A stretch of DNA of 51,162 nucleotides, taken from positions 99,845,245 to 99,896,406 of the forward strand of contig NC_068986.1 in NCBI RefSeq assembly GCF_001194135.2, written 5' to 3'. The position numbers and the translations under genes were made by a program. The DNA is from Octopus bimaculoides (Eukaryota). Shown here in pieces: positions 34,010 through 45,849 of this stretch; positions within the stretch are counted from its first letter, which is position 1; each line of letters opens with the position of its first letter. The notes below the pieces were generated by a model. The model made no database searches and was not told where the DNA came from. It saw nothing but the letters and a program-made list of their open reading frames with translations.

Positions 34010-34600
34010 ATTTCTTGAGTTAATGAATGGATTATTTGGAGATGGTGTTTCATTTAAAATTCATAAATTTACCGGACTTAAATTCGAAACTTGTAGGAAA
34101 GAAACACCTTAATTTTTAGAAAAAGTTTGAGTTCTTTATAACCATTTAGAATGAATTTACTAAAATTAATTTTCTGTATGGTGCTTTGGACCTTATTACA
34201 GAACTACCCACAAGCGAAACGAAAATTTCCAATACCTAAGTCGGAAGTCCAATCACACAATTAACAATTATTAAATCTATAAAATTTTGGGTAATAAAAA
34301 TATATTTATACAAAACGAGAAGGTCTACAGATTGGGTTTAGCTGAAGCTGGTTATATGGAGAAAATTCAGTATTTCCCTAATGGGAAGATTATGAAGTTA
34401 CTTAAAGATATAGAAATAATGGAATGGATGTATAATGATAAGGATCTTGGTAACAATGAAAATAAAATCCTACTTGAACAGGATTAAGAGAAGCCCTATC
34501 AATAATAACAAAAGCAGTGTAGGAAGAACTTTATAACAATGGAAAACTCTAAATAATAGAGGTAAAGAAATGGAGGGCCCCACAGCTATATAAACCAAGA
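34010..34600 (+). mobile_element. Heavily decayed PLE RT/thumb remnant (YRDD-type clade)
   Basis: NGLFGDGVSFKIHKFTG..FETCRK, TKINFLY.ALDL and YRLGLAEAGYMEKIQY are collinear with the motifs at 37240-37640. Confidence 0.5.
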
Positions 34601-34674
34601 AAGCGTAGTTACTATTAATGGTATCATTATGACCACTGAGCAATATACGGATCGAAATAGAAATGATCATAACA

Positions 34675-34745
34675 ATATTGATGATGATGATGATGATGAT
34701 GATGATAATAATAATGATAGTAATAACAACAACAACAACAACAAC

Positions 34746-34787
<42 letters not shown>
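34675..34787. repeat. (GAT)n-(AAC)n-(AAT)n compound microsatellite
   Basis: Direct inspection. Confidence 0.95.
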
Positions 34788-34789
<2 letters not shown>

Positions 34790-34966
34790 AACAATTCCTA
34801 TCATAGTAGGCGCCTTAGGTATAATAAAAAAAATATTCAGACAAATACATAACAAAAACACAAGGACTTACAAATATATATAACATACAGAAAATTGCAC
34901 TACTGGGCACTGCACACATCCTACGCAAAACACATTCAATACAGTAACCATAAGAGCATCACAGCA
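34788..34966 (+). mobile_element. R4/Dong-like LINE C-terminal fragment, subfamily 1
   Basis: ETIPIIVGALGIIKK(frameshift)YSDKYITKTQGLTNIYNIQKIALLGTAHILRKTHSIQ*. The 5' junction abuts (AAT)n. Confidence 0.85.
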
Positions 34967-34976
34967 NNNNNNNNNN

Positions 34977-35128
34977 CTTAAACATTCCCTTGAACAAAAC
35001 TGTACAAATCCAAATATATGGTACCCTAGGCATAACACCTACATGAACTTCTAACTTGTTGTCTCTTGAGGTTTCTGGGTGAGACTTGGATCCAACCTGT
35101 ACAAATGCAATACAAAAGTCAAACATAA
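34977..35128 (+). mobile_element. R4/Dong-like LINE 3'UTR, subfamily 2, followed by (AAT)n
   Basis: Near-identical to 49204-49358 (GTACAAATCCAAATATATGGTACC...GGGTGAGACTTGGATCCAAC...AAAAGTCAAACATAAA). Confidence 0.85.
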
Positions 35129-35189
<61 letters not shown>

Positions 35190-35195
<6 letters not shown>

Positions 35196-35350
35196 GCTTC
35201 GAATTTTGCCACATGGTCAGCCATTATGGGGAAGGGGTTAAGTCGATTACATCGACCCCAGTGTTTAACTGCTACTTATTTTATCGATTCTGAAAAGATG
35301 AAAGGCAAAGTCGACGTCGGTGGAATTTGAACTCAGAAAGGTCTGATGCA
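35190..35350 (-). mobile_element. Family A SINE, 5'-degraded, with (ATT)n tail
   Basis: Minus strand CTGAGTTCAAATTCCACCGACGTCGACTTTGCCTTTCATC...GGGGTCGATGTAATCGAC. Confidence 0.8.
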
Positions 35351-35384
35351 AAGAACTGCCAAGACGTGAATGTGAACTCTATAT

Positions 35385-36150
35385 GTGATGGTGTATTAAT
35401 GTACGCTCAGAGGGTAGTCATACCACAGACATTACAGAAGAGAATGCTAAAAGAGTTTCATGTGGGACACCCAGTCATCTCTAGAATGAAAGCGCTGATG
35501 CGAAGTTTCGTATGCTGGCCAAGCATGGATAAGGAAAATGAAAATCTGGTAAAAGGCTGCAGAGGATGTGCAGTGAAACAAATGTAAATCTTGCACGGGA
35601 GTGCAAATACTATGGTCACGAATACATATCGATTTTGCAGGCCCGTTAAATGGATATTATTGCTTTATAGTAGTGGACAGCTACACAAAATGGCCTGAGG
35701 TTGCGAGGTGTAAAAGACCAACCTCATATACGGTAAGAAACGTCTTACACGAGCTGTTCGCAAAATTTGGTGTACCGAATATAATTGTCTTTGATAACGG
35801 AACACAGTTCGTATCCTGTGAATTTAAAAGCTTCTGCAAAATGTTCACGGTAGAACACAAAATTACAGCACTATATCACCCTAGATCTAATGGACACTTT
35901 TAAGAGAGCTTTAAAGTAAGCTTATAAGGAAGCCACTGACGAGGTCGTGATCCAACAAATCTTAAGGGTATACAGAATAAATTCGAACACAAATGCGAGA
36001 GAAGGAAGTTCACCAGTAGAATTAAAGTTTGCCAGAAAGGTGAAGTCAGTATTCGATAAACCGGTACCAGTGAAAAAATAAAGTACGCGCTAGTAAAGGC
36101 ATACCAAAATTCTTTAGATTAGGTGATAAGGTATATGTAAGAATGTACAA
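35385..36150 (+). mobile_element. Ty3/Gypsy LTR-retrotransposon integrase remnant
   Basis: HHCC zinc-binding H.GHP.ISRMKALMRSFVCWP...CRGC. Core WSRIHIDFAGP, VVDSYTKWPE, FAKFGVPNIIVFDNGTQF, YHPRSNG. No LTRs recognised. Confidence 0.92.
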
Positions 36151-36374
36151 AACTGGCTAGCAATACTGGAAAGGAGATACAGCGGAAGAATGATGTGTGG
36201 TGTAAGAAGCAGAAATGGAATGGAAAGGAAACATAAAAATCAGCTTAAAGAAAGAGTCATAGAAAAGGAATATATGATTATAATTAAGAAATAAGATTAG
36301 AGCCTGCATATGTGTCAATCTAGTCGGTCGGTATAGCAAATAGTGTCCTCATATTTCCCAAGAGTCATGCTAGG

Positions 36375-37680
36375 TTATGTCTGCATGAAATTAATATTAT
36401 ACTTACTGCGCGAAAATCATTAATTAAAAATGACAACAAATACTGGGCTCCGAAGGACACACCCGATTACTTTGACAGAGCTATGGGCTCCACGGATTCA
36501 TCACAGGTCATCGATATTGTAGGAATATATGAGGCGTTTAGTAAGAGAGTGTCGTAAGCGCTAACCCGGCCATTTTCGGGGTTAGTATATCATGTTCTTT
36601 GCCTCAACGTCTAAAATCTGAAAAAGTTGGGAGGAAGAACCGGCGAGGCTTGTAATAAAGTCGAAAATCCAGCTGAAAAAGAATTGTACTTCGACGCTAT
36701 TGACCCGACGCTCGCTCACCCAAACTCGAACCACATTCTTAATAACTTCGGTCTGGTCCTTGTATCGTTTTCCGAGGTGTTATGGCTCATTTTCTAATAT
36801 TCCTCGTTACTATTGTAACGATAATGGGTTATTATCTTACTATCTTTTCTTACCTACCTCTTAAAGATACCTACCTTGGTATATAAAAATCCAAACAATA
36901 CCTTTGAGGGAGAGAGTACTCTGCATATTTTTATAGGTATCAAGGCTAAAATACGCAATGTAATAACCCTCTCGTAGTACCGGTATATTCTAGAAAATAG
37001 GAAAGATGCAGTCATTATTTCATCTTTCAGTGGCTTACATAATTAAATAATTGTAGATGGAATGATTAGAGGAGGCCGTCATGGTAATTTTATGACCAAA
37101 ACCAGCATCCTAACGCCATTCCTTGCCGAGATATCATATCGCATTCTGCGTTTTTCTGTTTTTAAGTAGTTACGCTTACGACGGTGTTTTACTAAACCCC
37201 TTATATACACTATATGCTTAACAGTGAACATTTCCGAAATAGGTGGGGACCTATACCGGGATGATGCCCTATCTATTACTATGTCTACTAATAATAGAAA
37301 ATTAGAAAATCATAAGAAAAATCTCACAAATTCTTCAATAGGTTTGGACTTAAAATTTATGTCGAAAATGAACAGAGCTCAGTAAACTTTCTAGATGTCA
37401 ATCTTAATTCACTAACAGGTAACCATGCCCCCGATCACAAACCAAATCTAAATTAGCACACATAAATAAATAAAGTAATGATCCTAAAACAATCACAAAT
37501 TGCTTAGTTAAAAATATGTAACTGAGAATTCATTACTTTTCCTCTAGTCAAGAGATTTTTGATATAAATAAGGGTTATTATAACTCAGTATTAGCTAAGA
37601 CAGGATACAAACAGAGAATTAAATTTGATACACAGAAAGATAACTCACAGACACACCACCAGGTAAATGAAAATATGATT
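36375..37680 (+). mobile_element. PLE reverse transcriptase remnant (YRDD type) interrupted by a TIR element
   Basis: EINIILTARKSLIKNDNKYW...FDRAMGSTDSSQVIDIVGIY (to 36530) resumes after 37202 as GGDLYRDDAL...VNFLDVNLN...YYNSVLAKTGYKQRIKF. Confidence 0.85.
36531..37202. mobile_element. 672-bp non-autonomous TIR element (MITE-like), unclassified; GAG start and AT-rich TSD suggest Sola2-like
   Basis: 36532-36560 matches the reverse complement of 37173-37201 at 24/29 (AGG(C/G)GTTTAGTAA...GTCGTAAGCG). ATAT (or TATAT) flanks both sides, and it splits collinear RT motifs. Confidence 0.85.
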
Positions 37681-37984
37681 ATAATAAATACGAATGAACC
37701 TGAAATTAGCATTAACAAGCATAGAAATATAAGTAGAAAAATTACAATAATAATGGCAAGAAAAATATGAATCACAATCAACAGGAATCCAACTATAGTC
37801 TGAATAATAAACAATCAGAAAATCCTTAAAACGTAAGAAACATATTCCATATATAAAACATACAAATAGAAGCAAAGAGAAATGCCTGAACAACAATGAT
37901 AATAATAATATCTGCTTTATCTTACCCTAAGGTAAGCAGATCAAGATTAATCTCATCCGCGTAATTCGTTCAGTCATAGATAAG

Positions 37985-38105
37985 CACTTCACGTATTTAT
38001 ATACATATACATACATACATACATACATACATACATACATACATACATACATACATACATAAATATATACACACACACATATATATATATATATATATGT
38101 AATAA
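37985..38105. repeat. (TACA)n/(CA)n/(TA)n microsatellite
   Basis: Direct inspection. Confidence 0.9.
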
Positions 38106-38107
38106 TA

Positions 38108-38560
38108 TACATATGGAAAATAGTGGAAGGACTGGTGCCAAACTTTGGCATCAAGTACTACAAGAATGCCCGCACAGGTCACCACTGCATGGTACCAAAG
38201 GTGCCGTCCACTGCATCTCACATAAGAACGAGGTACTGCAGCAGCCTCGGTTTCAGAGGACCTCAGCTCTTTAATGCCCTGCCAAAACATTTGAGAGACC
38301 TGCAAGACATGGATATAGAGGCCTCTTCAAGGCAAAACTCGACGCTTTCTTCTCCACGATACCAGACGAACCAATGGCTCGAATTGAGACACAGTTTAAG
38401 GCAGCGATGTCAAATTCTCTTATACACCAGATGTGCCATCAAAACTCTTGAGTGGACTAGCCATGCAAGGAACGTGAAGAGAGCACAGCATAAAGACGGA
38501 AAATCACGGTGGTGCTCCAGCATGACCACAGCCACTTGTCTGAAACCCATAAAAAAAAAA
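38108..38560 (+). mobile_element. 5'-truncated CR1/L2-group LINE 3' end with A-tail
   Basis: IWKIVEGLVPNFGI...RTRYCSSLGFRGPQLFNALPKHLRDL(frameshift)FKAKLDAFFSTIPDEP...SNSLIHQ, then 3'UTR and poly-A at about 38550. Confidence 0.85.
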
Positions 38561-39785
38561 AATATATATATAGTTTTTCTCGAATATATCATTATTTTCG
38601 GGTTTTTTTTTTCGTTTTCCAACTGTCAGTTAATCCTAAATCTTCCCCCGGATAAACGAAGGCAGACAACCCATTTTTTCAGAATGAGTAAAGATGAATT
38701 TAAAAATTATTTCATATTTATATTTTAATTATCACAAGTTTCTATTTTTCCGCGTAGGAGTAAGAAATATATAATTTATTTATCCATCAATAAACTTGTA
38801 TACATAATTGAATGTATCTGTTAGTGTTTTAAAAGTTTACATCATAACTTTTTTCAGAATAAGTAACGATTAATTTTCTTCATTATAGTATGTAAAACTT
38901 AATATCTTAAAATTTTATTTTATCTATATTCCCTCCAATATAAAATTGATCTCAATTTGTGAAGATACAAGCCTATTTCTGAGTGAAGGATAATTAAATA
39001 TCTACGTTTGAATTATATATCTAATTATTTAATGTAGCCAAATTTTTTTTAGCCATTACTTTAAAATATCATAACTCACATATATGATTTAAATGATTTA
39101 TATTATAGTATATCTAAATTCACTTACAGTTTTCACTAGCTTAATTCAATTAACTGAGATCCCCTATATAAATTTCATTTCGTTATTTTTTACCCAGTAA
39201 ATTTATTTCTCTCTTTATTTTTCATTTATTTATCTCTCACGATTCTTCTCTTCAATTTAAATTACTTAACGCCTCAACAATGTCTTACCCATGATGACAT
39301 AATGTCTTTAACAACGCCTAAATGTCTATTTTTCAAATCCCTCAATTTTGTTTTTTAAGATGATTCGATTAGCTAATACCTCCTATTAATTTCTTGATGT
39401 TTTCTCTTTCATTTTCTCATAACTTAAGATTTGGATGTTTAAATACGAATATGTGGTCTTCATCAATCTACCTTAGTACATTTTTACTATCCCGCTTATC
39501 GTACTATATAATTCTTATTCCTCAGAAAAATATGTAAACATGAGTCATTTTCAATAGACAGCCCTGAAGAAATCTGGTCCAATTAGGTTATTTTAAAACT
39601 CTATATGTGTTTAACATGGTTCGAATCCTGCAGATCCGAAATACTGTTATACCTAGCGAATAGACTGAAACATACGTTCGAAATAAGGAGCAATTAACAC
39701 TCGACAACTCAGGAGGGGTTAGACTTCTTTTGGTATTTTTGTCCCTTACTTGTGTCTGATGTGTTTACGTATTTTTCACTCACTG

Positions 39786-39819
<34 letters not shown>

Positions 39820-40792
39820 AAAAGAGATATTACGGACTAAATTACACTTCCATCGTCATCTGACTACTACATTTACTAATCAGATTTGTTTCAATATTCT
39901 CTACCATCTCATAATATATGAAGTTGTCAGTTAAAATATGGGTGTTGTACGCATTATTTACTGAAGTTTTTATTAATCTATACATCGAACTACCTTTTGT
40001 GCTGCTGATGCACTACATGTTAAATTACAATCTAATTACAATTCAACAAAGTAAGAATCCTTAATAAGTCTATAAAGAATACTTCCTTTCTCATTAGAAT
40101 TGGGAAATAGTCAAATATAAATGTAAGATGAGCTAACCAGAATTTACTACTAACTCCCTTAAACTCTTCCCTAATGTAAGCTGTAGTGATATCTCTGTGA
40201 TAAGAATAGAATGGTGTAGAATTCCTTTCTGCCTGTTACAATCTAATAGATCGAATATGGGAAGACGTTAATTGATGTACTGCACCATGTTGAGGGATGC
40301 CATTTACTTGAAACTCATATAACTGGCAACATCGTATAAAACTCCATTCATTCGTGTTTTTTCTGCTTGTGTACTCGGTGAGTGTATACTGAACTTGAAG
40401 TGAATTTATTCGATATTTAAACTTAGAATTTCCAAATTGGATTTGTGTCAGGAAGCAAACTTGCAGCTTGCGTGACTTTAGGACATATTTTGGTATTTTC
40501 TGTACAATTTAGGTAGCTAGGTTTCATCGTTATGAAGTGCTTATAACGTATTCGCCTTGAATCTTTAATTCCTTCTTTCATGTATGTATGTACGTATATG
40601 TATTTCTGCATATATATNNNNNNNNNNNNNNNNNNNNNNNNNNNNNNNNNNNNNNNNNNNNNNNNNNNNNNNNNNNNNNNNNNNNNNNNNNNNNNNNNNN
40701 NNNNNNNNNNNNNNNNNNNNNNNNNNNNNNNNNNNNNNNNNNNNNNNNNNNNNNNNNNNNNNNNNNNNNNNNNNNNNNNNNNNNNNNNNTAT

Positions 40793-40826
<34 letters not shown>

Positions 40827-41788
40827 GGAAAAAGGTCAAGGTAGAAAATGCTAAAATAATTTTATTAAAAAAAATTCAGTATAAATGTGTGTAGGAATAA
40901 TAACAAATTTATAATAGATCTCCTTGGACGCTACCAAGTAGTTTATTTACACACGCACACATACACACATGAATATTTATATATTCATTACTTTAAGTTA
41001 GATGTTGTGTAATGCCGGAATGATGCGAGAAGATACAAAATAATCTACGAAGACGAAAGCAAAATGAAAACATACTTGCAGTATTACTTTAGACTTCTAT
41101 ATTTCGTGATTATGATGCCTTCGTTATGATATGTGGAGAAGTCAAGGATGGAAAATGTCCTTGTTCAGATATCTGGGGAGGAAGGAAGAGGAAGAAGGAG
41201 GAAGGTGCAAGTCTACCTGCGCAGACTGGTGTTGCTCTAGTAACCAAACTGCTTTATGTATTTCCTTGTTGCTGTTTATGGCTGATCTCCATTTCTTGGT
41301 GTGGAGGGGGCTATGTCCAGATTGGAGAAATAGAGTAGCAAAATAGATGTTTCGCCAATTATTTCACGGTATTATGCTTAGTGGCTGTAATCATTGGGAA
41401 ATAACAAGGTGCAATGAGTTTGTTTATATATTACAAAACTACTTCCGTTGCACTCTTAGCAAAATTTGTCGGGAAATTTGAAGATTAGAGGCAAATTATG
41501 ATTTTCATCTTATAGTGTGGTATTTGGACAGTAAGATATAACGCTAGGACATTGGTGAGTCGGCCACCGAGCGTCTTAGTGCTTATGGAAGTGAAGGGTA
41601 AGTATAGGAAACTAAAACCTAGACGAAACGTTAGCTGAGTGAGATAGATTCTGTCGTTAGTGTCAATGAAGAAGAAAGCAAGTACGTGCTGTCCATAGGA
41701 AAGTGATGTAATAATTTAACACATCAGGAATAGGGTAGCTTATGTAGGTTCATTAATGATTTTGATAAGATGTACATTGACTTTAACA

Positions 41789-41988
41789 TTCTTTTCTACT
41801 TTAGGCACAAGGCCCGATATTTTGGGGGTAAGGTGCCAATCAATTAGATCGACTTCATTAAGCAACCGGTACTTAATTTATCGCCCTCGAAAGGATGAGA
41901 TGCAAAGTCGACCTCGCGGCGTAAAGAGAGACGAAACATTGCTAAGCATTTCGCCCGGCGTGCTAACGTTTCTGCCAGCCCACCGCAT
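41789..41988 (-). mobile_element. Family A SINE with internal deletion
   Basis: Minus strand GGGCTGGCAGAAACGTTAGCACGCCGGGCGAAATGCTTAGC...GAGGTCGACTTTGCATCTCATCC...GGCCTTGTGCCTAAAGTAGAAAAGA. Confidence 0.85.
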
Positions 41989-42112
41989 TACATTGACTTT
42001 AATATTAAGGCATATATAGGTAAACATATAAAAGAGAAAATTATGAATAGTTTAAATGTAATATTTATTAGATCATTAAATGAGAGATAATTATGTAAAT
42101 TACGAAAATTAT

Positions 42113-42114
<2 letters not shown>

Positions 42115-42186
<72 letters not shown>

Positions 42187-42200
42187 ACACACACACACAC
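42115..42200. repeat. (CA)n microsatellite
   Basis: Direct inspection. Confidence 0.95.
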
Positions 42201-42500
42201 TTGTTAAACGTTTCAAAGCAGTGATAACATAATAAATTACTGATTTTTAACAATCAAATTAAATCAGTAATAACGCTCTTAAGTTAATTAATACTTGAAG
42301 CAATTAAGTGAAGGCTAATGTTCTTGATTAGATACAGAAATACAGAAAACTTGTAAGGGCTCTTGATTGAAAGAGATCTTTAAATTAATTAATACAATGA
42401 ATGCTGTTAAGGTTAGAGGATGATAGATGAGGGATGCACTCAGAAAAAAGTGATGGAAGAAATAGATAGCACTGTGTAATTGTGAAAAACATTTTAGTAT

Positions 42501-42900
42501 AGGCGTGGGAGTGGCTGTGTGGTAAGTAGCTTGCTTACCAACCACATGGTTCCGGGTTCAGTCCCACTGCGTGGCATCTTGGGCAAGTGTCTTCTACTAT
42601 AGCTTCGGGCCGACCAAAGCCTTGTGAAACTGAAAGAAGCCCGTCGTATATATGAAAAAAAAAATATATATGTATGTGTGTGTACATGTTTGTGCGTCTG
42701 TGTTTGTCGCCCCAGTATCGCTTGACAACCGATGGTGGTGTGTTTACGTCCCCGTAACTTAGTGGTTCGGCAAAAGAGACCGATAGAATAAGTACTAGGC
42801 TTACAAAAAATAAGTCCTGGGGTCGATTTGCTCGACTAAAGCTGGTGCTCCAGCATGTCCACAGTCAAATGACTGAAACAAGTAAAAGAGTAAAAAAGAG
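42501..42900 (+). mobile_element. tRNA-derived SINE, family B, full length (about 18-bp internal deletion)
   Basis: Collinear with the reverse complement of 10751-11174 but lacks AGTGGATTTGGTAGAC. A/B-box-like head. Confidence 0.9.
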
Positions 42901-42926
42901 TCTATCGCAAGAACAGTACCCAGATA

Positions 42927-42978
42927 AAGGCGGCGAGCTGGTAGAAACGTTAGCACGCCGGGCGAAATGCTTAGCGGT
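42927..42978 (+). mobile_element. Family A SINE 5' end, cut by an N-gap
   Basis: AAGGCGGCGAGCTGGTAGAAACGTTAGCACGCCGGGCGAAATGCTTAGCGGT. Confidence 0.85.
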
Positions 42979-44869
42979 NNNNNNNNNNNNNNNNNNNNNN
43001 NNNNNNNNNNNNNNNNNNNNNNNNNNNNNNNNNNNNNNNNNNNNNNNNNNNNNNNNNNNNNNNNNNNNNNNNNNNNNNNNNNNNNNNNNNNNNNNNNNNN
43101 NNNNNNNNNNNNNNNNNNNNNNNNNNNNNNNNNNNNNNNNNNNNNNNNNNNNNNNNNNNNNNNNNNNNNNNNNNNNNNNNNNNNNNNNNNNNNNNNNNNN
43201 NNNNNNNNNNNNNNNNNNNNNNNNNNNNNNNNNNNNNNNNNNNNNNNNNNNNNNNNNNNNNNNNNNNNNNNNNNNNNNNNNNNNNNNNNNNNNNNNNNNN
43301 NNNNNNNNNNNNNNNNNNNNNNNNNNNNNNNNNNNNNNNNNNNNNNNNNNNNNNNNNNNNNNNNNNNNNNNNNNNNNNNNNNNNNNNNNNNNNNNNNNNN
43401 NNNNNNNNNNNNNNNNNNNNNNNNNNNNNNNNNNNNNNNNNNNNNNNNNNNNNNNNNNNNNNNNNNNNNNNNNNNNNNNNNNNNNNNNNNNNNNNNNNNN
43501 NNNNNNNNNNNNNNNNNNNNNNNNNNNNNNNNNNNNNNNNNNNNNNNNNNNNNNNNNNNNNNNNNNNNNNNNNNTTTTCTTCTTGTTTTGCCTTTGTGAG
43601 TTACAGGTAATGCTATCTGTTGGAGTTTCAGCACTTTAGCTGCTATTTCTGAACTTCGGTATGTGGTGAAGCAACTGTTGCTGATCCCTTAATTATGTTT
43701 ATAAATGTATAAGAACTTTTAAATAAGTTCTTCACCGATAATGGTGTTTACATACTGAAGGGCTTGGTAAAAATTATTAATAAATTAATACATTGATAAT
43801 CCTTTATCCTTTTAATTGTAATAATTATATATATATATATATATATATATACAGATACAGAGAGAGACAGAGAGAGAGACAACAGGAACATTAGATTTTT
43901 AGCCTTGGCGCCAGACTATCAGCTAAGAAAATATTCACCTCTGAATGTTATATCCAAAAGCTCAGGTAAGATAATATAACGGACAATACTAGTTGCTACA
44001 ATTATATCACCATCTCTCTTTCTACGACGCCGAAGATTTCCTTGCAATGAAATATTGTTTGTTAGTAGTATCATTTGTCTCCCAGACAGACACTGTGTCT
44101 TGTATTACTTTCCTCAGAGCCTCGTAAGATGCACAAAAGAATATTTTAACGCTTCCATTTCATTGCTGATGTTACATACTGCAAACCATGACTATGTCTT
44201 GTAGCAATTTCCTATAAACTTTCATTGACGCGGATGCCACCTTCTCATTTATATTCAATATAATATTAATACTGTATTCCACCAGCAACTACTTCGTTTT
44301 ATTTAAACGTAAACAAAATTCAGTTGATAAGATTTACTTCCATACTTTCCCTCATCCACTTGATAGCAATAATTTATTTAGTTTCAACATTGTAGACTGT
44401 TGCAATAGAAGAGTAAGCTAAAATGTGACTTGTCATATTATAAGAAAACACTAACAGTCTGGACTCGTCGAATACAATTAATAAAATGTTTCCTCAACAC
44501 AGAATAAAAAAGATATGTGGACTATTAACGACTTAAACTCCTCGGGTATTTTCAGTCATTGTTAAGTTGTGAACAATATTGTAATGGGATATAAAGTTGT
44601 AAAGTTTCTTTTAAAAAATCAAATGTAAATAAAAAAAATTAAATGTTATTTAACTGTATATTTAAATGCATATACACAGATATTCCATAAAACATCGTTT
44701 ATATTTATTTTAACTTGAAAAGGTTTATATTTTTTTTTATTAATTGACATTTTTATGTTTCAGATTCTATATGTGACTGTTTAATCATGCTACGAATTTC
44801 AAAGAGACTGTACTGAGGGTCAATCTGAAGGGGAACTTAGCGTAAAATTGCAGAAAACCTTGGGGTACC

Positions 44870-45595
44870 GCTTTGAACACTTAAGAGAGTCATTGTGCAA
44901 TTTACCAGTTCGTTTCACCCAGGGTGACCCCTTACTGGAAAGTACGTCTCTTCTGACGTGTATGATCATGCGAATGTCCTCGTCACTAACTTCGGTGTAT
45001 GACCTAGCAAAGTCCGATGCCTTAAAAACGAGCTCCATCGATATAGCTGGCTAAAAGTCCACTATATCGAATTTGGTAAACTTAGCTCTACTACATCCAC
45101 GATTAGTTTTAAATCATGTTATGACCTCGCTGGCGTTACGCCATAGGGCGATCACTTTTAACGCCGTTTTTGATCTTCTTGATGAGCTATTTGCTCACCC
45201 GTCCGATCTCAGACTTCACAGGTTTTAACAGCTTACACTTGAAGTTAGAGGCAAAGTTTGGTTTATGGTCCCTGAACGTAATAAATGTTTCTTTCTTCGC
45301 AAGTGTTTCTACTATATCCTCTATATCTAGTTTAAGCGCTATATCTTTGCTCTCATAGTTATTGCTATCATAACCTCGAAAGGCCTCCTTCCTGTACGTT
45401 TTTGTAATGCTGTTGTAAAGTAGCTGTGCATATTTATCGTTACTTACTCTTTGTAGATTTTTAATCTTATAGGAAAATAGAAGTGTCCTATCAGATGATC
45501 TAAGTCTATAGATGTCTGCACTAAGTTTGCTTTGGAAAGCATTAGAGGACTTTCAAGGCACTAGACTTTAATATCGATCACAGCGGCACTTTAAC
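44870..45595 (-). mobile_element. PLE reverse transcriptase N-terminal half remnant (YRDD-type clade)
   Basis: FQSKLSADI...LLYNSITKTY...ETFITFRDHKPNF...CKLLKPVKSEIGRVSK...FTKFDIVDF*PAISMELVFKASDFARSY...HVRRDVL.SKGSPWVKRTG. Confidence 0.85.
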
Positions 45596-45849
45596 TTAGA
45601 ATATAGAGCAGAAAGATATGTATAGAATATGTTAGAAAGATATATATATATATATAATTTTGGAAGCATTAAAAATAAATGAAAGCAAGGTCAAAGATAA
45701 TACATGGTGAATTATCAAAAGAAAAATAGAAATATTTCTTTCTGTGGCCAATTTGGAAGGAAAGAAGAAAGAATTCGTGGGAGTGTCTAAGAAAAATATT
45801 TTTAGAAAAACAAGCCAAAGTACCTTAACTCGGGGCTAATCTGTTACAT

